DNA from: Lepidodermella squamata
Taxonomy: Eukaryota; Animalia; Gastrotricha
Assembly: GCA_047495785.1 (NCBI GenBank)
Contig: JBLDXI010000017.1
Coordinates: forward strand, 3,100,001 to 3,164,000
DNA length: 64,000 nucleotides
Direction: 5' to 3'
The notes beneath the pieces are model-generated. The model made no database searches. It had not been told where the DNA came from and saw only the letters and a program-made list of their open reading frames with translations. Below are positions 26,923 through 39,726 of this stretch, in pieces (the stretch's first letter is position 1; each line of letters starts with the position of its first letter). The position numbers and the translations under genes were made by a program.

Positions 26923-28006
26923 ATGATCGGAAATGTTTTCAACACTTCAACCTCTAAAGGCGGCGATCTCGCTGAGCCGCTGAACTTGTCGATGTGTGCC
27001 GTAGCAAAAGCGCCCAATGCCCTTCAGCTACCGGGTTCCAGCACGGAATCGGCTCTGTCTTCGATCTGGAGCCAACTCATGCTGAACAGTGCAACTTCTC
27101 GGCCGACCGCTGCCACTGCCAATACAACGCCCTTTGCTTCCAATAATAAAAGCGGTGCCATAAATTTTCTTCACCACCTTCAGCAGCAGCAACAACAGCT
27201 ATTAGCGTTTCAAACTTTGAAAAATCATCTCGAGCAGTTGAAGACTCAGATGACGTTGATTCGGGACCATCGACAACTTCCAATCGAGCCGAATTTCTAC
27301 CGCACAGCTTCGACAGGGTTCGATGACGACTCCGGTTTCGGGGCTGGTGCCAAGTTGGAACCAGATACTCCAGTGTTGAATTTCGATCAGGAAGAAGCCG
27401 CTGCTCCTCAGTTGCCGAAAACTGTACCGGTTACTATCATCGACGCGAAATCGAACAGCCGGAAACGGTCTCGAAAACTGAGTAGCAACGCTTTGACGCT
27501 AACTTTACGCGAAGAAGCAGCAACCTCGAGCAAAATCGGGTACTACGACGCTAACAACGTCTACGCTAAATTGGTGACTGTTTCGGACGAAGCTCGACGA
27601 AAATTGGCTTCGATGCCTAACATTATTGGCGACTACGTTTGCGCGCTATGCTCCGTTAAATTCGAAGACGTATTCTGCTTGGCTGCGCACAACTGCTCGA
27701 ACCTGGAAAAAACCGAACACCGCTGCCCCGAGTGCAATAAAGTTTTTAGTTGCTCGGCAAATCTCGCTTCTCACAGGTTGGCTCATTATTAAATGTTGAA
27801 TTGATTCAAATTAATATAATTTAACAGGAGATGGCACCGCCCGAAAGTCGATCACCAGCCGGGTTCGAGCACAAATGGGGCGAGTGACCAAGCCGATAAA
27901 GCTAGTAGCAATCGTACCTCGGCTTCGAGCAAACCCCCCTTGCGAAACGACCCTCAGCTTCCTCGAAAATCTCAGCAATCGGCAGTCTTGTGGCAGTGTT
28001 AACTGA
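26923..28006 (+). CDS. INSM1: Insulinoma-associated/nerfin/EGL-46 C2H2 transcription factor; exons 26923-27776, 27828-28006
   Basis: IGDYVCALCSVKFEDVFCLAAHNC..EHRCPECNKVFSCSANLASHR|RWHRP signature. Start codon uncertain. Confidence 0.88.
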
Positions 28007-28082
28007 TCGATCCCAGTCGAAAGAGTGAATAACTCCAAAAGATTTGAAATTTTCATTTTAGAATGCTATTTATGATCATCTA

Positions 28083-28742
28083 TTAAAGGTCTGCGCACAA
28101 ACTCGTATGAAAAAATGTGTATGTGATTTGTAATAAGTTTTTTGCCGGGGTCGTATGTGTTGGCGAAAAGAAATCGCATACAGACCCGTTCACAAACTGA
28201 TTTCTTTTCTCCCTGTATGTGATTTTTTTCTGGCCGAAGAGGCCGCTGAAAAAAATGACCAACTTCGATGGGGCTCGAACCCCGTCCGCCCGTTGAACAG
28301 GCCAGTATGATAGCAACTGCACTATGTTGCCATCATATTTATCTGTCGCTATAAAAAGGCTAATTATTGGTTGCTAATATCTATAAAAGCTATCCGCGTT
28401 TTCTGGGTCAAGTGCGGGCATGAATCATTAACCTTCGACTTGTTTGTTTACGCTTTCATCAATGCATTTTTTGCCTTAAAGCCTAATTCATAGGTCACAC
28501 ATTAAGCTTGACGGCTTAGCCATGTCGATATAATTATCGATGTGTGCGAAGTCGTTCAAGGGTTCGATTCAACGTGCCGCCATCCCTTTTTTCAGTGGCC
28601 TCTTCGGCCAGAAAAAAATCACATACAAGGAGAAAAGAAATCAGTTTGTGAACGGGGGCTGTATGCTTTTTGCTGTATGTGTATGTGTTTGTTCGCATAC
28701 GCATGAGAAAAAAAAAGAAACGAGTTTGTGGGAAGGCCTTAA
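28083..28742. mobile_element. Non-autonomous foldback element/MITE bounded by TTAA, with tRNA-derived internal segments
   Basis: Inverted arms (about 28185-28254 vs 28587-28656) have 2 mismatches in about 70 bp. Outer ends TTAAAGGTCTGCGCACAAACTCGT and ACGAGTTTGTGGGAAGGCCTTAA. Confidence 0.75.
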
Positions 28743-28991
28743 TGTGTGGTCAATAAAAGTTCTTGTATATTTAAACTACACGAGCTTTCTTCAAAGAAGC
28801 ATTATTTTACTCCATACTCCATACGGAGCAAATCTCCTTCAATTTCCGACCTCTTGAATGAAAAAGTACCATAAAAAATACATTTGACTATCTACGTCCT
28901 GTCCGCATGACATTTAGTTTTATTTTGACGATATTGCGCATTTCAACAAATTAAAATTTTAGTGGTTTTGAATAAAATGTTTGTCCGTTAT

Positions 28992-30939
28992 TCAGATAGC
29001 AGGGAATGTTGCTTCGCTAAGAAGTCCACAGCTACGATCAGGTGACGCGTCGATAAAAACGAAGCTATTAGATATAAAAAGTTAAAGTGAGAAAAATAAA
29101 AGTAGCCTTTCAGACATCTAAATTACCCTTCATTTCCCCAATCCGTCGACCAGCTGTTTTGCAGCAGGAAATATTTGCGATCGCCCTTACTGCCATATCC
29201 AACGGCCACAAGCGAATGGTTGACATCATGATCAGCAACAGATTGCGCGCATTTTGGCTCAGAGTACAGCCCGCCTGCGTAGAATGCGAACGAGCGATGC
29301 GACGCATCAATTGCAACCGCTACTGGGCCATTGGCAGCTATCGCCCAACGCAAATCTTCCGAGTCATTACTTGCCTTGAGTTTCACCCATTTTGTTATCG
29401 TAGCCGAGGCAGCAGTTTCATCTTTTCGGCAGTTGCCAGATTTGCCGGTGTTGGGTCCGTAATCTTTGAGGCTGGAGAGGCCGTGTTTGATGACCCAGTC
29501 GTACGCTTTTGTGTGCGAGCCACTTTCGCAGGCCTTGTTCAAGCAATCGATAAGTTCTTGTTCAGCTAATTCAACTGAGCGGCCAGTTTTGAAGAAGAAC
29601 GCAGCTTCGACAGCGGTTGTTGTCGCAAAAGCCCAGTCGGAACCGCAAAGCTTCTGATCACCCACTCGAGTCACGGCGCCTTCGTTGAAATAATCGACGA
29701 ATTCAGGCAGTCGGTCAATCTTCCGCAAGTTGTGCTCGTTTCGATCGAATTCCGTGCCTTGATCTAAATTATCAGCTCGCTTGAAGCCACGAAGCTTCTT
29801 CATCTCTTCAAAGGTCCAGTCGGCAAGATGATTCACAGCTAGCCAGTAGCTGAGGCCGGCCCGATTTCTCGATTCGATGAAGCGAACGTTGTGCCGGAAC
29901 AGCGACTTTCGCCTCTCGTTCTCCTGCTCGCTGTTGTAGCGCACCTTGTAATGCCGCTTGAAATGCTCGAATTTCTTGTCAATGTAGTTCGCGACGAGTT
30001 TGTCACTTGGCAGAAACTCGGCGATCGGATTCATCAGCGAGATGATTTGATCTTCGTTAACGAATTTGCTTCGCTTCAGCTGCTCTTTAGCACGGTCGAA
30101 CCCCGGCAATTCGAAACATTCCAAATGGTGGCCAAATTGAAACATTTCGTCACTTGGAGTGATTTGAACGAAAAACGTGTAGTCGATCACTTGCTTGTCG
30201 GTGAAGGCACTCAACGCGTTGTCGAACGTCGTGAATTCATACCGAACCGGATGGCCAGTCAGGCTGTTGATGAACAGGTCGTAGCTATGCTTCTTGTTAC
30301 CATCGTTTTCTTCGTAATGCCACTGAGACGCACGAGCTCCGGCCATGGCTACATAAACAACTAAATAGTTTTTATTTGCAAAATTAGCCAAATAATTCGC
30401 TACGGATATTCATCAAAGCAAAATTTCTTTTAACCTGTTTCGCCGATGTATGAATATCGATCCAAGTTGCTTGGAAGACCAGGCTGCGGTGAGATGGGAT
30501 GCTCTTTGCTTCCAGCCAAAATGTAACACTGTTGGCGTTGCGTGGCCGCCTCTGAAGATTGCGAGGTGAAGCTGAGAAGTTTGTTTCCAGATTCAGCGCC
30601 CAATTGAATAGTCTTCATAATTCCGTTCTGGTAATCGACGCGGCTTCTGTTGCGATGTTCATCGTAGAAAACGGCAAACGGCTCGAAAATGTCAGAATTG
30701 GGAAGTTCAAGCATTCCGGTCAGGATGTACGAACCGAATCGCGGTAGAGACCGCTTTCTGCCACCGCCAATCGTGTTTGTTTGCTGGGGAAGAAGCGACT
30801 CGTGAGTAGGTGTTTCGCCTTGAATCTTACGCTGCGAGGCCATATCTGGATAGAAGCGGGTTGCGTCGTCATTTGCGGCTTTTACCGCCGCGACATGAGC
30901 AAAGGCCAGCACGAGAAGAGAGGCAATGATGGGCTTCAT
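28992..30939 (-). CDS. 26/29-kDa proteinase-type cathepsin L homolog (C1A); catalytic Cys replaced by Asp
   Basis: Signal peptide; 26-kDa domain (EPFAVFYD..SRVDYQNG); I29 propeptide (ERRKSLFRHNVRFIESRNR, VNHLADW); QKLCGSDWAFA, NHSLVAVGYG, QNSWSTDWG; three exons. Confidence 0.9.
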
Positions 30940-31648
30940 TTTAGCGAAACAACAAATCCTGCTACTGAATCAAAATCGTGGCTTTGCTTCGAATTCGAGT
31001 TTCGAAGATGACACAATCACAATGCGTAGTTGATTACGATCTGAAGCTGTTCTGTTATGTATGACGAATCGCATGTGGTTAATTGGAAATCGATTACGCT
31101 CACAATCGATCACTGGAGACTGGAGCTCAGAAATTAGTTTCTCGAGTCACTGACATTAAGGTGGAACAATTCTACTATATCTGTTCCATTTTCGCACTGA
31201 CGATGTCTGCTTTGAATGCCATTTGGAACGTTCATAGGATGCCAATATACCGACTTGGATACACCTATCAGCTCGTCTTTCATTCGAATTTTAGACCCTT
31301 CATATGCTGCCCATCTGATTGATCGAAACTCATTCAAGTTAAGCGTCAAGTTGATCTTTATTCTTTAACAGTCACAGAAAATAGTTGACAGATAATCGCG
31401 TAATATCAATGGCCGTCATGCTTCTTTTTATAAACGATTTTAAATTTGTTAAATTTCACGAACAACTACAATAATTATATTATTTAAAAAGAATATTGCA
31501 TCATATCGATGGCGAAAAGATACGGTGGTCTTAAAATAGCACGGACTTGAAAAATTAGGTACATTCATAAAACATGGAATTAAAAATTGTTTGCGCCGAT
31601 ATATAAGCAGCGGTGAAAAATAACAAAGAAAAGACACTAAAATCAGCC

Positions 31649-34121
31649 TCATCGGAAAGATGTCAATAATTCACTGCGCCAGTTATTTGAAGAGCTAGCC
31701 GTGCCACTGCCAATAAGTTCCATGAATCGAGAAGCTTCCGACTGCGAGTCGAATTGCATCGAAACAAACGTACGCGAACCAGGGCCTGCATTAATACTCG
31801 ACGAAGCTACTGAAGATGAAAGGTCACTGCCTGTGATGGACGAAGAAAAGTCGACGAGGGTCAAAGAAGTGCTTAGCACTATGGTCCAAAATTGAATGCA
31901 GTTGTCGTTATCACAAGAGACAGCAGATGCCGGGGGAGCGGCGAGTCGGCGAAGAATAGAGCCAGAAATCGAGGTTTCAACGAGTTCCAGTTTGAAATCA
32001 GCAGAAGAAACTAGCAGGCCAGCCAAATTTGTCGATGCCGGGTTCTCTTCGGCCGAAACCACCGACAATAAAATCGGCATTCCATTCGACGGAATTCGAG
32101 TAACTAAGAACGGTTCGGCTATTGCGGTCGGGGCGGGTGGTTCTTTCGGAATCGGAGTCGCTGGAGCGGGTGGGGGAGCTGAAGGGGTGGGAAACTCGTC
32201 TGTTGGACTGTGCATCGAGCCCTGAGGAGTAGATTCAAGCTCGGCGCGTTGAATGATATTCGAGGACAGCAAGAGACTTTGGCTCATCAAAATGCTGCTA
32301 TCGCCACTGGTATTGGCTTCGTCGTTCTCGTTGGAAGAATTTCTGCCGATTGAATCACCGTTAACAGGCAATGAATTACTCAGACTGCTTGTGCTCTGTT
32401 TTCTCTGAGAATTCCGAGACGCCACTGAAGGAGTAGACTGAAAAGAGGGATTTATGTGAGAACTGTAAACGAAACCTTTAACAACGAACTTACCGACTTC
32501 CTTTGGATGGAAGGCATAAATAAGTTTTCGGGCCTTGGAGTGCTAATTCCACTACTACTGCGGCTATTCGTCCGTTCGGGAAAATTCCACGAGAAAGTTT
32601 GTCTTGAAGTTCTCATTTCACCATACGAAGCTAAACGACCATCCAACCGAACCCCAGTTACATTTTCCATCGCCAGCATTGATGGTAGTTGAATTTTAGT
32701 TTTTGAGGAATTCCTGATAAGAGCAAGAACGTCAAGTGTCAACAGAAATTCCGGATTTGTCTCAACTAACCGTCTCAGCGATGTTGGATACACGTTAGGT
32801 GGCAGAGGTAATAGTGAAATTATGAAAATTCTGTAATTGCCGCACATTGAAATCGGGTTGTCGACCAAATCGAGCTGCTCCAAATTTTCGAGCTGGCGTA
32901 ATTCAGGCCTACATTGAAATTATTAGGATAGTTCGTCCAATATGAATAAAAAGTCTACTAACCAGCCAGCAGAGTCAACTGTCAAACAATTGTAAGACAA
33001 GTCTAATTTTTTCAGCTTGGTCAACATTTCTAAGCCTATTAAATAAAAAATGATTATAAATGGCATTTGCGATATTTTAAGAGAAACTACCTAAGACATC
33101 ACGAAGACTGTTGTGGCCAACGTTCAAGTTGACTATGGGACATCCGATGAAAGCGCAATCGAAATTTCCGACTTTGAGTGCCTGGGACCCGATCATGGTG
33201 CTAAGAGTTGTCAGTCTATTGAAGCTCAAATCGCAAGTTTCCAATCCATGCAAATGTTGTAACAATGGAAAATTGATTCGCTCGAGTCCGCAATGGCTAA
33301 GAACCAGATTTTTTAAATTTGTCGACATGTAGCTAATCTGGAATGCAAAATATAAATATAAATATAAAATATGCAGCGTGGATAAAGTTAAATCTGCCTT
33401 CGAACCTTTTCGAAGCTAGAAGCCACTGCGACGCATTTGACTATATCCAAACAATCAATGACCCGAGACAAACTGCTGAAATCGACTTTGTGGGGTGACA
33501 CGCCGTACATCTTCACAGTCGAAAGACTTGCAAAATGTCTGCTAATGCTCACAGATTCACCGGATGGAGTGGTGGTTGGAGGTAGCAACTGTCAATATAA
33601 ATTAGAGATGATTGGTCAATTAAGCTTGAAAGAATTTTGCAACTACCTTAACAACTGTAAACTGCTGTATGAAATCATGCAACCTAGTAGCAACGTCCAG
33701 CAGGTCGTCAGCTACGTCAGGCAACGCTACAAGATTTCCGTCAGTGTGGTCATCATTACACACTAAATTCAGCAGAAAGTTGAGTTGATGAAACTCGGCA
33801 ATAGATATAGCGAATTCCTCGCTCCCACTCAAGTAAACATCGGCTGTAAAACAATCACTTTGCAAGTTGCAAGGAAGGCATAGTATCCGAAAACAGACCT
33901 TTTGATTTGAACGTTTTCAGCAGCTTTAAACCGAAACTCAGTAGTCTGCCTCGTTCCGACCCGCTGACAGCCAGGTCAGCTTTAAAAATAGGTCTCGTCA
34001 GCGCCACGTTGATGTTAAATTTCTTACCCTATATGAAAATTAATAACTTGTTCGAGACTGGAAGTTATGAAATAACGAGATGGAATTTTGACAGTTTACA
34101 CACACATACAAGCTGCTTCAT
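31649..34121 (-). CDS. STK11-interacting protein (LIP1)-like LRR protein, multi-exon
   Basis: ADVYLSG..HQLNFLL..LVALP..LHDFIQQ resembles the LIP1 N-terminus; LRRs (LDLSYNCL, CDLSFNRL, LDLVDNPI..YRIFII LRR cap). Start codon tentative. Confidence 0.6.
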
Positions 34122-34859
34122 CACGCGAGACTCAAAGATTTCGAAGATTTTATCCAAGTACTCGTTGCAGCTGTTGCTAATCTCATTAGTTATTAATTGA
34201 TATATAATGTACCTATAATGGCTAACGTGTAAGGCGTCATCATGGGTAGGAAGTAAAAGGTTCATCTGATATCTGATCAATTTCAGTTACAGGGCATGCC
34301 AATTACATAGCTGAACTTTTTTGACACAATCGAGTTCCAATAACACTCTACACCGAACAACGAACAAAGTCAAACTTGTCCTACCAGCCCATTCAACATA
34401 TAGCAAAATAAACTCGGTCTTCCCCGATAACAAATTCAATCATGAAGGCCTAAGGCGCAAGTGTCAACTCTTTTTCAATCGATTGAATGGCTTCGGCAAT
34501 TTTATCTAACCAGTTAAAAAACACTGTTTTCTTGGTTTCATAACTGTGCAATCGGTTAAGATCATGGCTATAACAGTGAATTTACACGAATAAGACATAC
34601 GACTATAGGAGTTCACCAAGTACTACAGTTCAACAAACGAACTATCCTGGCCCATGATTTCAAAATCAGCCAACGAACTCTCTCGTGTTCTGTGCTGTCC
34701 TGGCCCAGCCCAAGTTCGCGGGTAATTTTATGTCAAGGTCGAAAAATTGAAGACGTAAAACAGCTTAACAATAATGACTATGCATTTTTGGATAATTTTG
34801 ATTTAGCTGACCTTGAATTTGGCATTGCCCGCGACGTTTGTTCGTTTCGATTTTTTCTT

Positions 34860-36623
34860 ACTTAAAATTCTCGACGATTGCCGAAAGGCACTGGACAACA
34901 GTGAATGCGTCGGAATGGTATGCATCGACCTAAGCAAAGCTTTCGACTCCCTGCCTATTGAAGGCCTAATATCTGCTCTTCGCTCTGCCGGCCTCGACGA
35001 CGCTGCAATAGCTTGGTTTCGCGCCTACCTAGAAGGCCGTTCTCAGCGCGTGAAAACGCCCACCGAGATATCAGACATCGCGCCTATCTCGTACGGCGTC
35101 CCTCAAGGCTCGATCCTCGGCCCACTGCTTTTCATCATTTTCATTAACGAATTGCCAGTTCAATGCAAAAACAGCATCGCATCGCTGTTCGCCGACGACA
35201 CAACGATCGTGGCCCGTGGGAAGACGCCTGAAGAAGTCAAGGCGAAGCTAGAGGCGGACCTTCGCAGTATCGGCGATTGGTTACACGCCAACTGTCTCAA
35301 AGTGAATCGGGACAAATCTAATTATATGTTTTTGTCTAACCAACAGGCTTCTGCTCCAGAAATTCGATTCGGTGAAGTCGATCTGCCGCCACTTGACCAC
35401 GTGAAAATCCTGGGAGTCTATCTGGACTCAAAGCTCACCATGGAAAAGCACGTCGATCATCTGATCAAAGCCGCAAGAAGTGGTACCTACGCACTACGTA
35501 AAGCGGCTCGGCACACCGACCTGAAGACTCGAACAATGATGTACGACGGCATCATCGGGTCGAAGTTCAACTACTGCGACGCCGTCATCGATCAGGGCTG
35601 CAAGACCTAGCTGGATCGACTTCAACACGCGCAAAACAAAGCCGTTCGTGCCGTTCTCGACGTCAGTCCTGACGTGCCCGCCGATGAAGTTCTCGTGCGA
35701 TTGCGATGGGTGAATCTGCAAGGCAAACGACTGGTCCACCTGGCTACAACCATGTGGAAGTGCAGCAGGGATCCTGAGACCCCCGAGGCACTCTCGTCGC
35801 TAGTCAAGCCGATGAACCAACAGCATGACCACAACACTCGAGGCGCCGCCACCGGGAAGTACGTCAAGCCATCGTGCAAGCTCGCCACAGGCCAGCGCTC
35901 GTTCCCAACCAAGGCCATCCAGTGGTGGAACCAGCTGCCAGCGAAGATCAGGCTGTCCGCTTCCACAAAGGCGTGCCGGCAAGCCACGCTCGAATTCCTA
36001 CGCGAACAGGCCAAACACGACGCCATCATCAAGGCGAATAGCGAGCGAAAGAAGAAGGAACTCAACGCCTCTCTGCAGCCGCAGGTCGCGTTCAATCCGT
36101 ACTCCAAAGCCGCCTTCGTCTACAACTACGTGCCGAACTAAATGAGTTTTCCAAATTTCTATTTATATTTTTCAAAGCCTATACTCAACCAAATGTAATA
36201 TACTTTATTTTCTTTATAGCTCCGTCATTAAATTATCTTATATTTTGGCTCCTTGAATTACCTCTTGTAAATTATCTCTACTCTTGTAAATATTCCTCCT
36301 AACTAGTCTTTTGGTAGCTTTCTTGCTACGACGGCGTTTGTAGGCTTCGCTGAGTGAGTGGAAAAGCCACCTGGGCACTAATGCCTGGGCCCTGGAGAAA
36401 CAGTCAGCAATAACTGGAGTACCAGGGGTAGGGATTTCAATTTATGTAGTTATTAAACCAGTTTCAAACTTTCCTAGAGCGTAAGCTCGCGATTTTCTCA
36501 CAAGCTCCGCCTTATGGTGAAAGCTTGAGTCCGTCAGGGCGAGGAGAAATCGTAAATCCTGATCCTGATCCTGATCCTGATCCTGATCCTGATCCTGATC
36601 CTGATCCTGATCCTGATCCTGAT
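34860..36623 (+). mobile_element. 5'-truncated CR1/L2-group LINE: RT, 3' UTR and tandem-repeat tail
   Basis: IDLSKAFDSL, GVPQGSILGPLLF, FADDTT, KILGVYLD. A single in-frame TAG at 35608-35610 splits an otherwise continuous ORF to 36141. Ends in (CCTGAT)11. Confidence 0.9.
36558..36623 (+). repeat. (CCTGAT)11 microsatellite, probable LINE 3' tail
   Basis: Perfect hexamer array about 420 nt downstream of the RT ORF stop. Confidence 0.9.
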
Positions 36624-37042
36624 CTGAAATCTGAAATCGCTTTTGACGATGAGCGTCTCAAATACTTTTGCCGCTTTGCTAAACAAGACCTAATTCCCTC
36701 TTATCCGCTCTATACGCAGGTAATTTTAACATCCTCGAAGTGTCGAAAATGACAAGTAACAAGGAATCTTTTCCAACTGTATAAGAGTGCATACTTGGGT
36801 CTTTTAAAGACGCCTATGATGGCGACTCTTCGGCCAGAAAACAGTCATCACTTGAAATATTTCCCGCTGAGGCATTAAGGAATAGCGTGTTTGTATGCAA
36901 ACGTCGCACGATTTTTGCGGTAAAATGTGAGCAATGTGCAGTAAATAGTTAACCAGGCGGGCAAAGTCCGATGCCACCCTTAAGTTCTCGAGATAATTGT
37001 ACACCAGCTTTAATTTTTATTCCACGAAATCTAGAGTTCTCG

Positions 37043-38339
37043 ATGATTAGCTTCAACGTGGTGCTGTCTAAAGAATGCTTCGTGATATCCAACCAACTTG
37101 CTCAAAGCAGCGATTTGAACTGGCAGAACTCAGTTGTTCCTCTGATATCTTCGTCTCAGCATCCATGTCCAGTTTGCAAGTCAAATGTTCAGCTGCGCTG
37201 TTTGTTGAAACACCTCAATTCCCACAGCATGGGCAAAAAAGTAAATATGTACTGGAATTTGGTTTTTAATTTAATAACGCTATTCATTACATTAATTTAG
37301 GCATGCATTTACTATAGGTGCCCTATAAGCGGATGCAAGTACTCCGAACAATCTCAGTCACATTTTACGAAGCTGTCGCACTGTGTTGCTGTAAGTGTTG
37401 CGACGTTCAAAGTTGATATTTTTATATTGCTTATGTTCAGCATTACTTGAGGTCCCACAATGCGAGCCACAATTCATCTTTCCCACGACCAGATAACCTC
37501 ATTTGTGCAACCTGCTCGTCGAAATTCACCTCGAGAGATTCGCTTCGCATTCATTGTTCAAGAATGCACCATGACTCAAAAGACGGCACTTATGCCTGTT
37601 CTCGCCGGAAGCGGGCTGTTTCGCCGGCACCGGAAGTTGACATTCGCCCTAAAAATTGCGTGAAGTCTTCAGCCGTATATACCAAAAGCACCAGCTCGAT
37701 GGCAATGCCTCAGCTGTGCGTTGTAGTAATCGACTCAGGGGCTCGAAATCAATGCAAAACAGTTGAGAATTCTTGCCAGACGGACACCGCTTTGAGCGAA
37801 CCAGAGCCGTGCGTAATTACAAGTAATTTGATGATCACTGAGTTGAGTTTCGTAAACAATTATTTATTTGTACAGTCGCTACTTCTCCATTGCCACCGCA
37901 GTTTACAAGTACCAACACACAATCAGCCGCCGTGGACGGACCCGAAACGTGCGAGGCTTTGCTATCGCCCCTTTTTGTTGAGGCTGAAACCTTCACAGAC
38001 GTCACGGCTATGCATAGTACAGCAGCTCAAACTGTTGCTGCCATTGATTTTGGCGATGGAGTAAGGTCTCCAATGGCTGATCTCACCGCTATGTCTGTGC
38101 AGACCGATGGCTTCGATCCATACCGATGGCGTTATCCCATTGACGGTGCAGAGTATATGCAATCTCACGCGGAGACTCAAACAGCTTTGGACGACGATGA
38201 ATTATTTCTACCGTCAACCTCTGTCGAATTCGGATCGTCTGCATTCCAAAATGCAGGCACTCAGACTCAACCTTTCGTCATGCCAATTTCACACACTGAT
38301 AATAGACCGGACCTTCAATTATTTCCACTCTGGCCGTAG
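37043..38339 (+). CDS. ATMIN/ASCIZ-like zinc-finger protein with DYNLL1-binding TQT motifs, multi-exon
   Basis: C2H2 fingers (CPVC..HLNSH; YRCPISGCKY..HYLRSH; CATCSSKF..HCSRMH) then repeated QT motifs (SCQTD, AAQTV, SVQTD, AETQT, AGTQT). Confidence 0.75.
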
Positions 38340-38399
38340 ATTAATAAATACTATTTTATACCGAAATAAAGAGAAATTTCACGAAAGCAACAACTTGTT

Positions 38400-39625
38400 T
38401 TATTCTGAATAATCTTGCTTCCACAAAAATTCTCTGGCACAAACCGAATGGTTATCTTTAATTGTTGCACAATTTGCTGAGCAGGTATAAATTGCAAGCG
38501 TGGCCCAATCTATGCCACTACCAACGACTGTATCGTCATCCAAGCGAAGGTAGGTCAGAAGTTGCGGCATTATTTGGAACTCAAATTGCCGCGCAGCACC
38601 ACATAAATCGCAGTTTGGAATGAAATCCGGTAAATTACTGGAAGACGGCCATAAAGGTGCATCAGAGCCGAGCTCGTAGCGTATAATTTGCGACGGGCAA
38701 CAGTTGATCCGTTTAAGGAAGCGCGAGAAAGCCGGATCTTTCTTTCCGGTGACTTGAGACTCCAAATTCGTATCTTCCTCTTCAGCCTCAGTTTGCTCCT
38801 TTGTAAATTCACTCAAATCCTTAGGTTCCGGATCTTTCACCCTCTCCTTGTCACCCCTGGCGGGTTCAGGTTCAATGAAGACTTCAAACTCGGGAAGGGC
38901 GAGAGTACTCGAAGATGAGCTAGGCTGTTGCGCTTCGCTCGCCGTTTCATTACAAACCAACTTATGACCACCATTATGCCAATGCTGAGTTTGATGTAAA
39001 CGGCTACAATAGGCAGCCGCTTTACATCGAGCACATCGCGAAGGAGCGCGAACGCCACAGACGGCGCAAAGTTGAGGCAGAGTAGCGTGATATTCCTTAT
39101 CTTTTTCTAATTTTAGTTCAACACTAGCTCCGTCAACTGGGTAAATAGGATTATGCTCCGGCAATTGACTCCGAAAAACCTGTGAAAACGTTTCATAAGA
39201 TAATCTGACTCCAGACATCGGGGAAAACAAACCGCTAAGTTTTTGCTCGAATTTTTTGTAGAACATTCCCGTCTAGTGCACATGAACACGTAAATAGTTC
39301 GATGGTAAGCGTCCTCCTCTCGATTCGGCAACGGGCAGTATAATTGAGCTAGTAGAATAAGAGGGCCCGAGCAGTCGCCACATTTCAAGTCATCCGGCTC
39401 AATCACACTTCGCGGGTCAAGCCACACAGGCTGAAAAACTAGTCATTCAAGCCCCGCGACCAAGAGATTTTCATCGCATCTTACCTTCCCGCCTACTTTA
39501 GAAGGGAAATTCTGCGGCAGAAATGCGTCATCTTCAGGTTCTGTTTCGATGAATCCAAGGTCTACGGCAGTAATTGAATCCCTATCGGCATCCATCTCAC
39601 AATCTGAACCTTTGCTATCGGACAT
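38400..39625 (-). CDS. PDCD2: Programmed cell death protein 2 (MYND finger + PDCD2_C)
   Basis: VDLGF..PSKVGGK, QLYCP..YHRTIYVFMC, MYND CAVCG..CARCKAAAYCSRLHQTQHW, FEFQIMPQLL, DWATLAIYTC. Confidence 0.93.
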
Positions 39626-39726
39626 TTAATTTATTTGTTAATCACTATGAGTGGAAAAAATCAAAATAATGAGATCCGATACAAATAGTTTATTAAAATA
39701 GCACAATACGTCACGGGAAATACTTT

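Noticed and set aside
26484-26957. 157-aa ORF upstream of INSM1
   Set aside because: Different frame, no recognisable domain; likely promoter or 5' UTR.
28259-28331. Functional tRNA gene
   Set aside because: Acceptor, anticodon and T stems pair poorly; treated as a tRNA-derived repeat.
35608-35610. TAG readthrough or alternative genetic code
   Set aside because: Host genes end in TAG normally (LSm8, ATMIN-like); a nonsense mutation in a dead LINE copy is simpler.
36345-36430. Hammerhead ribozyme in the LINE 3' UTR (CTGAGTGAG..GAAAC)
   Set aside because: Core deviates from CUGANGA and the stems could not be built convincingly.
36525-36752. ORF with a poly-PD repeat, or a CRISPR-like array
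   Set aside because: Simple spacerless hexamer microsatellite at the LINE 3' end; the ORF is incidental.
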